IMG/VR virus record: IMGVR_UViG_3300032516_000003
Span: 65,341 to 129,340 of that record
Length of the DNA: 64,000 nt
Direction: 5' to 3' (one strand)
Source of the DNA: a virus
Shown: piece by piece, positions 10,901 to 20,748 of the stretch
Layout of the letters: each line of letters begins with the position of its first letter
Numbering within the stretch: the first letter of the stretch is position 1
The notes under the pieces: generated by a model
The model's database searches: none
What the model was told of the DNA's origin: nothing
What the model saw: only the letters and a program-made list of their open reading frames with translations
Position numbers and translations under genes: made by a program

Positions 10901-12257
10901 CATGCCCGACCCAGAGCTGGACTACCAGATCGTCCCGTCCCCAGAAGGCAGTGTGCCCAACAACCTCGATACGACCAACGGCAATCCCCTCATCATCTCT
11001 GATGCCCTGCCGGCCGGAGACTTGGGGAAGAACTCCAGAGATTCGGTGCTCAACTTCCTGAAGCGAGAGGTCCGCGTCGGCGATGTGGTCGAGCTCACGT
11101 ACCAGCCCATCCAGGGTACGGCAGATCTGAATAGCCTGGACTATCTGCCTGATCCACCAACGCTGGCAGGAGAGACACTCATCATCTCGATTGATGGCGC
11201 CCCCGCACGGACGTTCTCCTTCTCCGACCAGTTGACCGACCCTAGCAAGGTGGCAGAGGAGATCAACAAGTTCTTCGGCTCGACCATCGCCTACATCGAG
11301 ACGGTCGCCACGGACAAGTACCTACGACTGGAGGCAGACTTCGAGATCGTGCTGTACGGCTCGGGAACAGCCAACACGGACCTGGGTCTACCTACCAGCG
11401 ACACGAACAACCGGGCGGCCGCTGCTGTCGCCGGCAACTACGCGGTCACTGTGCTGGGTAATCCTAGCGATCTCACTCAGTCAGATCGATTGACCGTCTC
11501 GCCTACGCCAACCGCCAACAGTCAGGCACAGCACTTCAAGGTGTGGCGCCCTGGTATGCAGCGGCTGCACTCCACGGCCATGAACAACCAGACGGAGAAT
11601 GGCCTCTACTACATGGACGTGGAGTTGCTCTCGGAGGGCTCCGGCGACCAGTGGAACCTCGACGCTGGCGTACTGTTGGTGTTGGAGGGCTACGAGTCGG
11701 AGGGCTATCGCCTGGTGGTGGCCGACGCCAACCTGTCCTACTCCACGCAGGAGCAGGTCAAGCTGCTCCTCAGCCGTCGTCTGCTGCTGGTCGGCTCTTC
11801 CGACCGACCGGATGAGGCCACCCTGCTCTCGGGACAGAACACCCAGTTGAACTACGATCGTTCCTCCCTGACTGCACAGATCCAGAGCTTCGCTTCGTCG
11901 GAGCTGGAGCGAGTGCTCACGGCCAGCATCGTCGTGCGTCACCTCCAGCCCCACTACTTGAACTTCACGCTCAACTACCGCGGTGGTTCCGACTCCCCTG
12001 TCGTGGAGCAGGACATCTTCGACTACTTGAACGGGCTAACTCCTGATGAACGGGTCGAGGTGTCGGAGATCCAAGATCGGGCGAGTCGACGAAGCGCCGA
12101 CTACGTGGAGAATCCCATCGAACTGGTGGCCGTGGCCCATGCTGCTGACCGCAGCATCTCGGTAGACCGCTCTGAGGACTACGTGACCAAGGGGCGGCTG
12201 GCGACGTTCTTCCCGGGCGAGGTGGTGGTGACCAGGGAGACGCCCACGGCGCTCTAG
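7962..12257 (+). CDS. very large virion protein (1431 aa), possibly internal-core, tail or baseplate
   Basis: Uninterrupted 4.3-kb ORF. The size class of podovirus internal core or tail proteins. No catalytic motifs recognised. Confidence 0.6.
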   Translation: MGTVDLRQYVQDRLLAYDPTIDLSEGSPAQVQIVDPIVRRFTPDPFEMNIDAYIDALLTQQFPDYNFREGSGIRDLLVKPATLLMDPVSREVQLIKQGQSLSQPDLLASTEADALVANLFVSRSTGGLSAGSVRAYFATPMPIGIGVGNIGFTGDGLRFIPTSLQSISAEAMIFNQDGNLYYFDINYVAEAPGTQYNVDKGAIIGITNLNAAVRVTNLEKFENGLDEESTDELIDKAETGITERSLVTARGVSSRLRNQFSDLKHLQIVGFNDSEMERDVVTGGDLGPALLSGNDGYTEDSGDGSGVTRYFKSRYVEFTDLFSTTGAVENYYLSSSQMHRGTDAAVVISDFTHVYVASLTFTDEDVGRTFAMIGTTDPANTGYFRIVAIVGPHEVKLDLGSAPWVGVYETGMTWMFERPNSDLLIESVVGTHELKLVAGNELDIDTDSLIWSVRKKEITISDIPGGIIFTEDESISIQSDEIHIGGCSDFFVRGVSVDEETLDLTAISGESSVTKGTGLSADTTLSHFVRHEGKNFVTAGVKVGHSLIIEDGINAGTYTLLRVGEKPSAAPGAATEYLQVDPPITSTESGLRYRVVDTIDIDLVEPKTIRGEGTDGQVIQLSTVMTTAAAIDFLALGIEVGDILEFLTGANKGEYTIKQIGGVGNRDLTLDRQFMTTETNVSWKVYSRHTGLDLPLVRVSSIEMLDSSSQPTGDGIPLADPVDARSTSFSNAGRGVKVSTRDARTGIIGTVDLTAGGVFPLGTCVLQVSLNGAAAVPITLTGAASISELLNLINVACPNIAGTITYDSKTYLTLRSSDRWIQVQAGADNAEVGLDVLGEDNRQIKSAGVITDWTSAAYDLKAIEDVVSITTGDNIGFLYLVAMASSPNRLLAVLFDEETGRVRFLQPNVGVSMSVGSRSYGKARVYFLEPVSFQVKGGWRPSLKNSTDYPANQAIGASIPRDEEAVAFFTAVVNGATLRFMPDPELDYQIVPSPEGSVPNNLDTTNGNPLIISDALPAGDLGKNSRDSVLNFLKREVRVGDVVELTYQPIQGTADLNSLDYLPDPPTLAGETLIISIDGAPARTFSFSDQLTDPSKVAEEINKFFGSTIAYIETVATDKYLRLEADFEIVLYGSGTANTDLGLPTSDTNNRAAAAVAGNYAVTVLGNPSDLTQSDRLTVSPTPTANSQAQHFKVWRPGMQRLHSTAMNNQTENGLYYMDVELLSEGSGDQWNLDAGVLLVLEGYESEGYRLVVADANLSYSTQEQVKLLLSRRLLLVGSSDRPDEATLLSGQNTQLNYDRSSLTAQIQSFASSELERVLTASIVVRHLQPHYLNFTLNYRGGSDSPVVEQDIFDYLNGLTPDERVEVSEIQDRASRRSADYVENPIELVAVAHAADRSISVDRSEDYVTKGRLATFFPGEVVVTRETPTAL

Positions 12258-12568
12258 TCTTCTGTCTTGAGCACCGGCACCACTGGTACGAAGGCCTGTC
12301 CCAGATTCCCGAGCTTCTCGATCACGTTGGTGAACGGATCCCAGACGCACTCACAGTTGAGACAGCGCAACTGGTACTTGGGCAGGGGCTCCCCGGCCAC
12401 GATCATGCGTCGTGGATCGGCTTCCTTCACTGTCTCCTCCCCATCACAGCGAGGACACCGTTGCTGCCGGTAGAACTCCTCCCGCTCCGCAGCCAGGGGC
12501 CCAATCACATTCTTGTGGCCTTCGAGCAGCTTGACCAGGATGCGCGGGTCCATCGTCTTCAGGGCCAT
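12254..12568 (-). CDS. small zinc-ribbon protein (CxxC...CxxC)
   Basis: 104-aa ORF antisense to the flanking structural operon. Contains RCPRCDGEE ... RCLNCEC. Confidence 0.4.
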   Translation of the reverse strand: MALKTMDPRILVKLLEGHKNVIGPLAAEREEFYRQQRCPRCDGEETVKEADPRRMIVAGEPLPKYQLRCLNCECVWDPFTNVIEKLGNLGQAFVPVVPVLKTED

Positions 12569-12588
12569 GCGCAGATCTTAGCATAGCG

Positions 12589-12618
12589 TTGACCTAAGTC
12601 GGTGTAGAAGCATAGAAT
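12589..12618 (+). promoter_or_regulatory. sigma70-like promoter candidate (TTGACC -18- TAGAAT)
   Basis: Hexamers sit in a 70-nt intergenic gap just upstream of the 1195-aa structural gene. Confidence 0.3.
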
Positions 12619-12639
12619 CGTCGAAGACGAGGTGACCCG

Positions 12640-15600
12640 ATGGCGATTCCTACCAGCGATGCCTGGCCGTGCATGGACGTCGGTCCCAGTTCCATGCCCA
12701 GCCTGCTCGTTGAGCCAGGTGTGGAAGCCTCTCGCGGCAGCCCGTACTTCTCGATCGACGGCGACAACAACCTCGTCATCTACAGCGACGATGACGTAAG
12801 CAGCTGGTTGCACATCGACCTACCGGTCTCGGAGACGGCCACCTTCCAGGTCCAGTTCAAGCCGTCAGCACTGCCGCCAGACCTGGGAGCCGCCGCCCGC
12901 TACTTTTTGGGCCTGTACAACCATCAGGGACGTGGTGGCGGCGTCCTCCTCTCTCGCACTGGTCTGTGCATCGTCTCCGGTGCCGCCTCTCCCGCGATCG
13001 CTTTCCCTGGCAGCCAGGACCTCTGCCCACAGGGTGAGGACTACTACACGCTCCGCCTGGTGCTCGACGGCAGCACCATGGGCGTCTACCTGACGAAGAC
13101 CGAGCTGCTGCCGTTCATCGGCCATCAGCTGCGCTACACCTCGGCCGCCCCTCTGGCGCCAGCGGGAGTTGTTGACGGGGCTCTGATCGAGATCCTCGGC
13201 ACGTCGGGTGCAGTCAGTCGCATCAAGCTCGACACGCTTCAGATGAACTGCCTGGAAGCAGTCATCCCCAACCAGCGACCCACGGCAGACCCAGGTGCAG
13301 ATCAAACCGCCAACATTGGTTCTGCAGTCACCTTCACTGGTGACAACAGCCTCGATCCAGAAGGCAAGCCACTGTTCTATCGCTGGGCACTCTTGGACGC
13401 CCCAGATGGCACGCGCTTCAAGAGCTCGGGGACTGGTGGCTTCACGATCGACGACGGAGACGCCGACGGCTTCACCAACATCTTCAAGGTGCTGGATGAC
13501 GAGTTCAGCGCCGACAACATGCCTCTGCTCCAGCCTGGTGATCACCTCGAAGTTGCCGGTGTCTACTACCAGGTCGCGACTACCAGGTGGACGCTGAACA
13601 CCACGACTGGCAAGTACGAGCGTGACGACACGCTTTGGAATGACAACGAATTGGTCGTCACCGAGGAAACCATCCCTGACGACCTGTCCAACCAGGCCTG
13701 GAAGGTACTGCACACTGCCACCTTCTTCAGCGATGTCGACAACTTCAACCCCTATGCCATCGCCGACAAGGCAGGCCTCTACACCGTGCAGTTGACGGTC
13801 AACGATGGCGAGCTCGATTCGCTGCCCGCCCAGGCGCTGTTGAACGTGTCGCAGACATCGGTGCCACTAGGCTGTGTCCCGGATGTGAGCTGGATCTGGA
13901 ACTCCCTCTCTGACTTCTGGCCCCTGGTCGAAGATCGGGCCGTGGTGGAGATGGTGTGGTCGGGTTTCGCGCAGGCGGCCGCGGCCCAGTTGTTGACCGC
14001 CTGGCAAGTCGACTACAACAAGAGCCTATTGGATATCCAACGGACCTTCCAACGGCGGTGGCTGCCCTACAGCACTCTGCTCGATGACGATCCCGAGACC
14101 GCCATGGTCAGGATCATCAGAGGTCCCATCTTCAGCCGGTCTTTTCTTGAGGGTGTCCACTTCACGGCGGGCAACAACACCCTGCAGCTGATCCTCGACT
14201 CAGGTGACATCGAGACGGTCACTTTCGCAATCAACTCGCCCGACCCACTGGACCCCGACTACTACACCAGCGCGGCCTCAATGGCCGAGCAGATCAACAC
14301 CCAGTTGGGCTTCCGTGGCGCCCCGTTGGCAACGGCAGAGACGAAGTACTCCTACACCTTCGTGAAACTGGAGTACGCCACGCTGCTGCGTATCCGGCCT
14401 ACAGGCACGGCCAACGTCGAGATGGGGTTCTCCTCTACGGAGTACACCAAGAACGATCTGAAAGGCGGCTACGGCGGGATTGAGGCACCGGGGAAGGTTA
14501 CCGCCTTCGTGACGTACCAGTTGAGTCCATACGATGGTGGCCCACTCTACCCATTCGCGCTTCCAGAGACGCCCATCAGTGGGGGCTCGGGACCGTACGG
14601 CGGCGTGCCCATTTACGATCCGCCAATCCTCGACTTCGACCACGAGGGCATTGGCGGCTCTGATCTGCTGGTGTGGGATGCAATCGGCTACCGCATCCTC
14701 AAGACGGCCTACACCGGCACCGAGAAGCGGGCACTGACACTGCGGGATGAGATGCCTGACTCCGAGGCGCCAGACCGCAAGCCCTGGATCGTGCCCTCCA
14801 TCGTGACCTCCATCGATCTGGACTTCAACGAGGAGCTGGTCACGGCCGGGGACATCGCACGCTTCGAGGTCAAGAACCTCACCACCAACACCACGGTGGA
14901 GATCGACTGCCCGGTGCTGGGGGTGCGTGACTCACTGCTCGGCTTCGATCCCCAGCTGCTGTTGGAGACCTATGCTGGCGTGCCCAGCAACTACCGCACC
15001 AGGTTCCTCGGCGTGCGCCGGGTCAACAACCTGCCGGTCGATGGTCTGGTGGTGGAGATTCCACGCCTCCAAGGACAGTTGCGCGAGCCACAGATCTACT
15101 GGTCGCAGAACGAGCACTACCTCATCAACGACAGCCTGGGCCGGAACTCGATCCAGTTCCGTGTGGGCACCTTTAGCGCCCTTGACCCACCACCAGATGT
15201 CCTCTGGGCCGAGGTCACGCACCTGGACAATCGGCCGGCCATCGAGGCCAACTTCGGTCACCTGGTGAACTTCAGCCTGGAGGCGTTGGAGACCCACACA
15301 GACAACCTGGACTATCTCTCCGCAGTTCGGGGTCTCTGGTGGGCATACTTCGGCGGGCCAGCCTTGGACAAGGTACGCACGGGCACGCAGATCTTGCTGG
15401 GGCTGCCCTTCGCCGAGGCTGATGGCACAGTGGAGTCGATCGATGCCAGCTTCAGCACCACGGAGGGGCGGATTGTAGTCCGCGATGCGAAGAACACCAA
15501 CGTGGTGCGGACCTACTACTACCCCGTCCAGGCGGGCCTATCGATCAACGCTGCCACAGGTGAGCTCCTGAAGGTCGGGGATGCAGTCACCCAGTTCGCC

Positions 15601-16227
15601 CCGTTGAGCGGCGGCATCGAGGTCAAGGACTGTGCTTCCGATCCCTACTGGATGCAGCTCTACTATCGGCTGGGTGGACTCACTGAGATTGAGAAGTTCT
15701 TCCGCTTCATGGTCCGGGGTGACGTCGACACGTTCAACCTGATCAACTTGTCCTTCGCCATCGACTTCGTGCGGAAGATCAAGCCCCACTACTCCTTCCC
15801 ACTCTTCACGCTGTTGAAGAACATCGGTCCCACGGAAGTCGACGTGGACGACCAGGTGTACTTCAACATCACCCAGATCTTCCGCGATGCCATCTGCTAC
15901 ACGGCCGGGGCCCTAGCCTGGGACGACCAGGACGGTTCTGGAGCCTGCCGGAATCATTACGATGACCCACCACCGCAGTTCGTCCACGATACTCACCGCC
16001 TGTGTCCCAGCATGGACATCTGGGCGGTGCTGGCGTACTCTCATCCGGGAGGTAGCGGCTGGCCATGGGACACGATCTGGGCCTACGATGATGGCGGGGG
16101 TACGGACAGAGTCCCGCTCAGCGGCCCGGACAGCAGTCCGCCAGCTCCGTATGGGCCGGTTGTCGGCATCATCGAGCATGATGCAACCGTAACCGCCGGC
16201 GTGTATCATCGCGAGAAGACGCTCTAG
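12640..16227 (+). CDS. large virion/tail protein (1195 aa) with PKD-like domain
   Basis: ADPGADQTANIGSAVTFTGDNSLDPEGKPLFYRWALLDAPDG resembles a PKD/Ig-like motif. Confidence 0.6.
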   Translation: MAIPTSDAWPCMDVGPSSMPSLLVEPGVEASRGSPYFSIDGDNNLVIYSDDDVSSWLHIDLPVSETATFQVQFKPSALPPDLGAAARYFLGLYNHQGRGGGVLLSRTGLCIVSGAASPAIAFPGSQDLCPQGEDYYTLRLVLDGSTMGVYLTKTELLPFIGHQLRYTSAAPLAPAGVVDGALIEILGTSGAVSRIKLDTLQMNCLEAVIPNQRPTADPGADQTANIGSAVTFTGDNSLDPEGKPLFYRWALLDAPDGTRFKSSGTGGFTIDDGDADGFTNIFKVLDDEFSADNMPLLQPGDHLEVAGVYYQVATTRWTLNTTTGKYERDDTLWNDNELVVTEETIPDDLSNQAWKVLHTATFFSDVDNFNPYAIADKAGLYTVQLTVNDGELDSLPAQALLNVSQTSVPLGCVPDVSWIWNSLSDFWPLVEDRAVVEMVWSGFAQAAAAQLLTAWQVDYNKSLLDIQRTFQRRWLPYSTLLDDDPETAMVRIIRGPIFSRSFLEGVHFTAGNNTLQLILDSGDIETVTFAINSPDPLDPDYYTSAASMAEQINTQLGFRGAPLATAETKYSYTFVKLEYATLLRIRPTGTANVEMGFSSTEYTKNDLKGGYGGIEAPGKVTAFVTYQLSPYDGGPLYPFALPETPISGGSGPYGGVPIYDPPILDFDHEGIGGSDLLVWDAIGYRILKTAYTGTEKRALTLRDEMPDSEAPDRKPWIVPSIVTSIDLDFNEELVTAGDIARFEVKNLTTNTTVEIDCPVLGVRDSLLGFDPQLLLETYAGVPSNYRTRFLGVRRVNNLPVDGLVVEIPRLQGQLREPQIYWSQNEHYLINDSLGRNSIQFRVGTFSALDPPPDVLWAEVTHLDNRPAIEANFGHLVNFSLEALETHTDNLDYLSAVRGLWWAYFGGPALDKVRTGTQILLGLPFAEADGTVESIDASFSTTEGRIVVRDAKNTNVVRTYYYPVQAGLSINAATGELLKVGDAVTQFAPLSGGIEVKDCASDPYWMQLYYRLGGLTEIEKFFRFMVRGDVDTFNLINLSFAIDFVRKIKPHYSFPLFTLLKNIGPTEVDVDDQVYFNITQIFRDAICYTAGALAWDDQDGSGACRNHYDDPPPQFVHDTHRLCPSMDIWAVLAYSHPGGSGWPWDTIWAYDDGGGTDRVPLSGPDSSPPAPYGPVVGIIEHDATVTAGVYHREKTL

Positions 16228-16235
16228 GAGACCAC

Positions 16236-16916
16236 ATGTTCAAGGACATCATCCCGGTCAAGAACAACGTCTTCATCATCGCTCGCGAACGGGGAAAGAA
16301 GGTCCCTGGGCTCTGCCGCGAAGGCCACAACACCTGGGTCAACCTCGGTCGTCAGTTCTTGCCTGAGGTCATGTCTCCCCTGAACTCCAGCTTCAACGCG
16401 CACTACAACGACTCTCCGATCCAGGTCGTGCGCTACATGGCCCTAGGCATCGGTGGCGACGCGCAGCTCGCTGATTTGCCCAGCGACTTCCCGACTCTGA
16501 ACACCGACCACCCGGGCCAGAACATCTACGACGACGCCTCACTCGACACCCAGTACCTGGAACGTCCCCTGCGGGTGACTGGCACTCCCGGTGGCACAGG
16601 AACCAGCGGCGTGTGGATGAGCGACGTCGCGGCTCCTCCGACGTTCGGCACCAGCAAAGTCACCTACGTGACCCTGTTCGGCACTTCTGACCTTCATCTC
16701 AGCGGGGCGTATCCCTCAGTGCCGCTGTCGGAGATCGGACTGCTGCTCTCTTCACAGACAGCCTCACTGACGTGGGATCAACTCTACGACCCCACCAATC
16801 CGCCGTCGTACATCAAGGTCGCCTCGCGTCCACGACTGGTGGCCTACAACACGTTCGACACTCTCAGCAAGACAGCAGCCGTCTCGCTGGAGATCCACTG
16901 GGAGATAGAACTCTAG
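16236..16916 (+). CDS. hypothetical virion protein
   Basis: 226-aa ORF between two tail genes. Confidence 0.5.
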   Translation: MFKDIIPVKNNVFIIARERGKKVPGLCREGHNTWVNLGRQFLPEVMSPLNSSFNAHYNDSPIQVVRYMALGIGGDAQLADLPSDFPTLNTDHPGQNIYDDASLDTQYLERPLRVTGTPGGTGTSGVWMSDVAAPPTFGTSKVTYVTLFGTSDLHLSGAYPSVPLSEIGLLLSSQTASLTWDQLYDPTNPPSYIKVASRPRLVAYNTFDTLSKTAAVSLEIHWEIEL

Positions 16917-16925
16917 GAGAGGGAC

Positions 16926-18950
16926 ATGCCACTTCCGTTCCCACATGGTATTGGTTCCGGCCAGATCGGCAATAACGCGGACATCAACACCAGCGACACA
17001 CCCGGATCAACTGGTGGCCGATTCATTGGTTTTGGCGAAGAGGGTACGTCGGCGATTGCGAATCGTGCCCACTGGGCGCTCTCCTCGAACGACGACTACT
17101 TGTACGGCAAGGTCACTCGTGACATTGCCGTAGGCAGTGGTGCGGCGTTCACGTCCTCCAGCCAGAGCACCTACCACCTCACCGGTGATGTGTTCTGTGG
17201 GGACGACACCTATCCGGGAACTCCTGGTACCTACGATGACGACTACGCCGAGGGCATGCTGCTGCTCTTCTCCGTCCTCGACGACAAGTACAACGAGCTG
17301 ACCGACGCGCTAGGGAATGAGGTCCGCGTTGCGGTGGTGCGGGACACCACCAACGCCGTGGACATGTACAAGGGCGGCACGGTTCCACCTCCTGGCTACG
17401 TGGGCTTCGTCACCAATCCATGGGTGACCTTCCGCACGGTCGACGCCAGTGGTGCCGAGGTGCAGAACCCCTACACCATTCCCGTCTCCCAGAAGGTGCG
17501 TCTACTGTTCGGGATCAAGAGCACACTGGAGGCCTTGCCGCGCGATGCACTCACGCGCTACCACCTCAATGCAGCAGACGAAGCTCCTGCAGGTGTGGTG
17601 CTGCAAGACGGCACGCGGAAGATGACGGGAAGTTTCCTCCCATACACAAATGGCACCCTGACTCTCGGCGACGCCTCACACCAGTGGGCCGATCTCTACA
17701 TCAATGGACCGCTTCACATTGGGGCCAGTGCCACTATCACCGGGGACTTGATCCCAACCAGCAGTACTCACGATTTGGGCTCGTCTGGCACTCGTTGGGA
17801 TGATCTATTCGTCAAGAAGATCAGTGCTGTTGCGTCTTCTGGCAACGACACAGCCATCACCGCCACAGGATACGGTTCGGGTCGTGGTGTCACAGCTAAG
17901 GGGGGCGACAGCGGTTACGGCGTCTATGGGCAGGGTGGCGACCTCGGCAGTAATGAGGGGGTCTATGGACTCGGTGGCACTCCCGGAGGTTCGGGGGTTA
18001 AGGGGCAAGGTGTTGGATCGGGCTACGGTGTTAAGGGGCTAGGTGCAGTTGGAAGTAGCGCAACTGGTGTGCACGGCGAAGGTGGCAGTGTCGACGGTTA
18101 TGGCGTCGTCGGCCAGGGCCACGGCACAGGTTATGGAGTTTACGGCTCTGGTGGTGGTTCATGTCCGGCGGGCGTGTATGGGCAGAGTGGTTCAAATAAA
18201 GGCGTACACGGTAGGGGCAGTCCCGGCGTGTATGGTGAAGGCTACTCTGCCGGTCTCTCTGGTGTCTCTGGACTAGGTCTAGGTACAGGCGGGGGGGTCA
18301 TTGGTACGGGTGGCAATACCGACGGCAGCGTAGGTGTGTACGGCACGAGCAGTGCTACTAACGGTGTAGGAGTCCAGGGCGTTGGAACCGGTACGGGCGT
18401 TGGCGTGGTGGGTACATCCTTTGCTTTAGACGCAGACGCGTCTATCGTCATTCCGATTCCGCTCAATTTCGGTTTGGGATCGCGGGCGGACGGAACAACA
18501 CCTTCCCCATGGTTCATGGGTAACGACTGGATCTGGAAGGTAAACACGTCAATTGCCAAGCGCCTGCACCTGGCTTGTATGCTGCCCCATGGTTTCAGAC
18601 CAGAGACACTGCATCTACACTGGTATGTAGATCACGGAGACGGGCCAGATACGCCGATGTACGCCGTCTGTTACGTTGTTCGCCACACACCTTCCAGCAG
18701 CCCAACCACATTCACATTGAATGCGGCGATTAACTGCACCAAGGTAGCAGATGGTTGGGATTCTGGTTCGTTGACAGGTACAACAGATCATCGGATCGAT
18801 TTCACGTCTTCGTACGGAGATTGGCTGGTAGTAGACATCCTGTCTGGCGCTCATGCTGCCGGCGCCATTGACTACTTGGTGTTGGAGGTCGGCATTGTGG
18901 GCAAGATCAGCGCACCTGGCTGCTACCACGCTGGCCGACATGTTACCTAG
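16926..18950 (+). CDS. tail fibre with glycine-rich degenerate repeats and a distinct C-terminal tip domain
   Basis: The central ~180 aa is made of GYGV(Y/K)GxG-type units. The C-terminal ~170 aa (about 18440-18950) is lower in GC. Confidence 0.6.
   Translation: MPLPFPHGIGSGQIGNNADINTSDTPGSTGGRFIGFGEEGTSAIANRAHWALSSNDDYLYGKVTRDIAVGSGAAFTSSSQSTYHLTGDVFCGDDTYPGTPGTYDDDYAEGMLLLFSVLDDKYNELTDALGNEVRVAVVRDTTNAVDMYKGGTVPPPGYVGFVTNPWVTFRTVDASGAEVQNPYTIPVSQKVRLLFGIKSTLEALPRDALTRYHLNAADEAPAGVVLQDGTRKMTGSFLPYTNGTLTLGDASHQWADLYINGPLHIGASATITGDLIPTSSTHDLGSSGTRWDDLFVKKISAVASSGNDTAITATGYGSGRGVTAKGGDSGYGVYGQGGDLGSNEGVYGLGGTPGGSGVKGQGVGSGYGVKGLGAVGSSATGVHGEGGSVDGYGVVGQGHGTGYGVYGSGGGSCPAGVYGQSGSNKGVHGRGSPGVYGEGYSAGLSGVSGLGLGTGGGVIGTGGNTDGSVGVYGTSSATNGVGVQGVGTGTGVGVVGTSFALDADASIVIPIPLNFGLGSRADGTTPSPWFMGNDWIWKVNTSIAKRLHLACMLPHGFRPETLHLHWYVDHGDGPDTPMYAVCYVVRHTPSSSPTTFTLNAAINCTKVADGWDSGSLTGTTDHRIDFTSSYGDWLVVDILSGAHAAGAIDYLVLEVGIVGKISAPGCYHAGRHVT
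17868..18415 (+). repeat. in-frame degenerate tandem repeats encoding Gly-Tyr-Gly-Val units
   Basis: Repeated ggttacggcgtctatgggcagggtggc-like units visible in the DNA, all inside the tail-fibre CDS. Confidence 0.55.
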
Positions 18951-18969
18951 GCTTGCATAGGAGTGACCA

Positions 18970-19398
18970 ATGGATCAGATCAAAGAGTTCTTCCTCAACT
19001 GGCAGGCACTGGCGGCCGCCTTCGGTTCGTCCATCTTGCTCGGTATCGTGCGCCGACTGGGCACCAAGAAGAACAAGGCCGGCAAGGTCACGGGTGGCTT
19101 CGCCCAGAGCAAGTGGTTCAATGCCTTCACGCCGCTCTACCCTTACATCCTGGCGATCGCTGTGGTCTTCCTCCTCCCGATGCCCAAGATCATCGTGGAG
19201 CTGGGCAAGAAGACCATCATGGCCAAGATCCTCTTCGGCCTCTACGCCGGCTGGCTGTCGGGCTACAGCTTCCAGGTGATCAAGAAGTTCCTGGAGAATG
19301 CTTTCAGCATGAAATTCGACCCCGAGCCAGGTGAGCCGGACAAGAAGCCCGATCCGCCGGCTCCTGCGCCAACTCCACCGCCCCTCCCGAGCCTGTAG
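18970..19398 (+). CDS. membrane protein with ~3 TM segments and a Pro-rich tail (holin-like candidate)
   Basis: Hydrophobic segments AAAFGSSILLGIV, YPYILAIAVVFLLPM, ILFGLYAGWLSGYSF. C-terminus PDPPAPAPTPPPLPSL. Lies directly after the tail fibre. Confidence 0.4.
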   Translation: MDQIKEFFLNWQALAAAFGSSILLGIVRRLGTKKNKAGKVTGGFAQSKWFNAFTPLYPYILAIAVVFLLPMPKIIVELGKKTIMAKILFGLYAGWLSGYSFQVIKKFLENAFSMKFDPEPGEPDKKPDPPAPAPTPPPLPSL

Positions 19399-19400
19399 TC

Positions 19401-19721
19401 ATGCGCAAAGCGTGGGCGTGGCTGAAGAAGAACTGGAAGTACCTGCTCTTCCCACTGTGGGTGCTGTCGCTTATCCTGGTGTGGGTGCTCAGTGGCGGGA
19501 AGGCCAAGCCCTCCATCTCCGGCACCTCAGACCAGGCAGCTGACGAGGCAGTGAAGGCGAAGGACGAGGCCGTCCAGCAGTTCCGTGACCGTCTTGACCA
19601 GTTGGCCAAGATGCTAGAAGAGAAGCTGCAGAGCGCGTCCAAGGAGCAACTGGACGAATTCAAGAAGCTGAAGGACAAGCCCTTGGACGAGGTGGCAAAA
19701 TGGGTCGACAACATCCAGTGA
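19401..19721 (+). CDS. N-terminally membrane-anchored coiled-coil protein
   Basis: TM segment LLFPLWVLSLILVWVL followed by a charged helical region. Confidence 0.45.
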   Translation: MRKAWAWLKKNWKYLLFPLWVLSLILVWVLSGGKAKPSISGTSDQAADEAVKAKDEAVQQFRDRLDQLAKMLEEKLQSASKEQLDEFKKLKDKPLDEVAKWVDNIQ

Positions 19722-20746
19722 GTGGCTCCGAGGCGGTGGCCTACATCCTCAAGGTGGCCGACCACATGAGTCAGGCTCGGCGGGAGAGTCTATCCACCAG
19801 CCAGTTCGCCGTGCCGGCCCCGAAGGCCAAGAAGCTCGGAGTCGGCCATGAAATCAAGGGGGAAGCCAAGGGCAAGTACCCCATCCCCGACCTCAAGCAC
19901 GCCCGCAACGCTCTGGCGCGGGTCTCCCAGCATGGCTCTCCAGGTGAGCGTGAGGCGGTGCGGGGGAAGGTGTACGCCAAGTACCCCGAGCTCAAGGAGG
20001 GCTTCCAGGAGTCCCATGGAGGTGAGAGCCCGACTGCCAAGGTGAATATCAAGAAGCAGGAGCAGGGTGGCGTGGGCAAGGAGGGGTGCGCCTTCAAGAC
20101 GGCGGCCATCGAGCATCTCTCTGGCTACCTTGGCCACATCGCGGCCAAGCTGGCGCCCACCACCCAGACCATGGGAGCGGCACTGAGCACCATGAAGCCG
20201 GCAGGGTTGAAGGCGTTGCGGGCGATACCCTCGGCGCCAAAGCTTCCGACCTCAGCCCTAGGCCTGGAGACCCTACGCAAGACCTCGTCTGCTCTGTTCG
20301 ATGAGCTCCAGAAGATCGCTCTGGTGCCACAGCTCGCCTCATCTCTGGCCGGCAGGGGTGTCAGTGGTGCGGCACATCTCGTCGGTGGCAAGGGAGAGGC
20401 GGTTGCCAAGGCCCTGAGCGGGTTGAAGCCACGCGCTGGTGCCACCCCGCTCGCGACTGCTCAGCGGGAGCTTGGTGGGTTCAGGAGCCTCGCCGGCGGC
20501 GGCCCGATCATGCCCGGCGGCCAGCTGGTGAAGGGCTCCTCCATGGAGAAAGAAGAAGGGCTCTGGGGCAAGCTGGTAGGTAAGGGCTCTGCTCCTGCGG
20601 TACGAACTGCGCGGCAGCTTGCCACCACGGGTGGCGAAGTGGGAATCCCAACTCATCTACTGAGTCGGGCTCCTGCTGTTCCTCATGCGGCGAGACCGAT
20701 CGGCAGCCTCCAGCAGAACATCGCTGAGCGGGGCATCAGCCTCTAG
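19700..20746 (+). CDS. hypothetical basic protein
   Basis: 348-aa ORF. No motifs recognised. Confidence 0.45.
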   Translation: MGRQHPVSGSEAVAYILKVADHMSQARRESLSTSQFAVPAPKAKKLGVGHEIKGEAKGKYPIPDLKHARNALARVSQHGSPGEREAVRGKVYAKYPELKEGFQESHGGESPTAKVNIKKQEQGGVGKEGCAFKTAAIEHLSGYLGHIAAKLAPTTQTMGAALSTMKPAGLKALRAIPSAPKLPTSALGLETLRKTSSALFDELQKIALVPQLASSLAGRGVSGAAHLVGGKGEAVAKALSGLKPRAGATPLATAQRELGGFRSLAGGGPIMPGGQLVKGSSMEKEEGLWGKLVGKGSAPAVRTARQLATTGGEVGIPTHLLSRAPAVPHAARPIGSLQQNIAERGISL

Positions 20747-20748
20747 CC

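Noticed and set aside
17868-18415. Tandem repeat region considered as a possible CRISPR-like array
   Set aside because: The repeats are degenerate, lack unique spacers and lie in frame inside the tail-fibre CDS, where they encode Gly-rich units.
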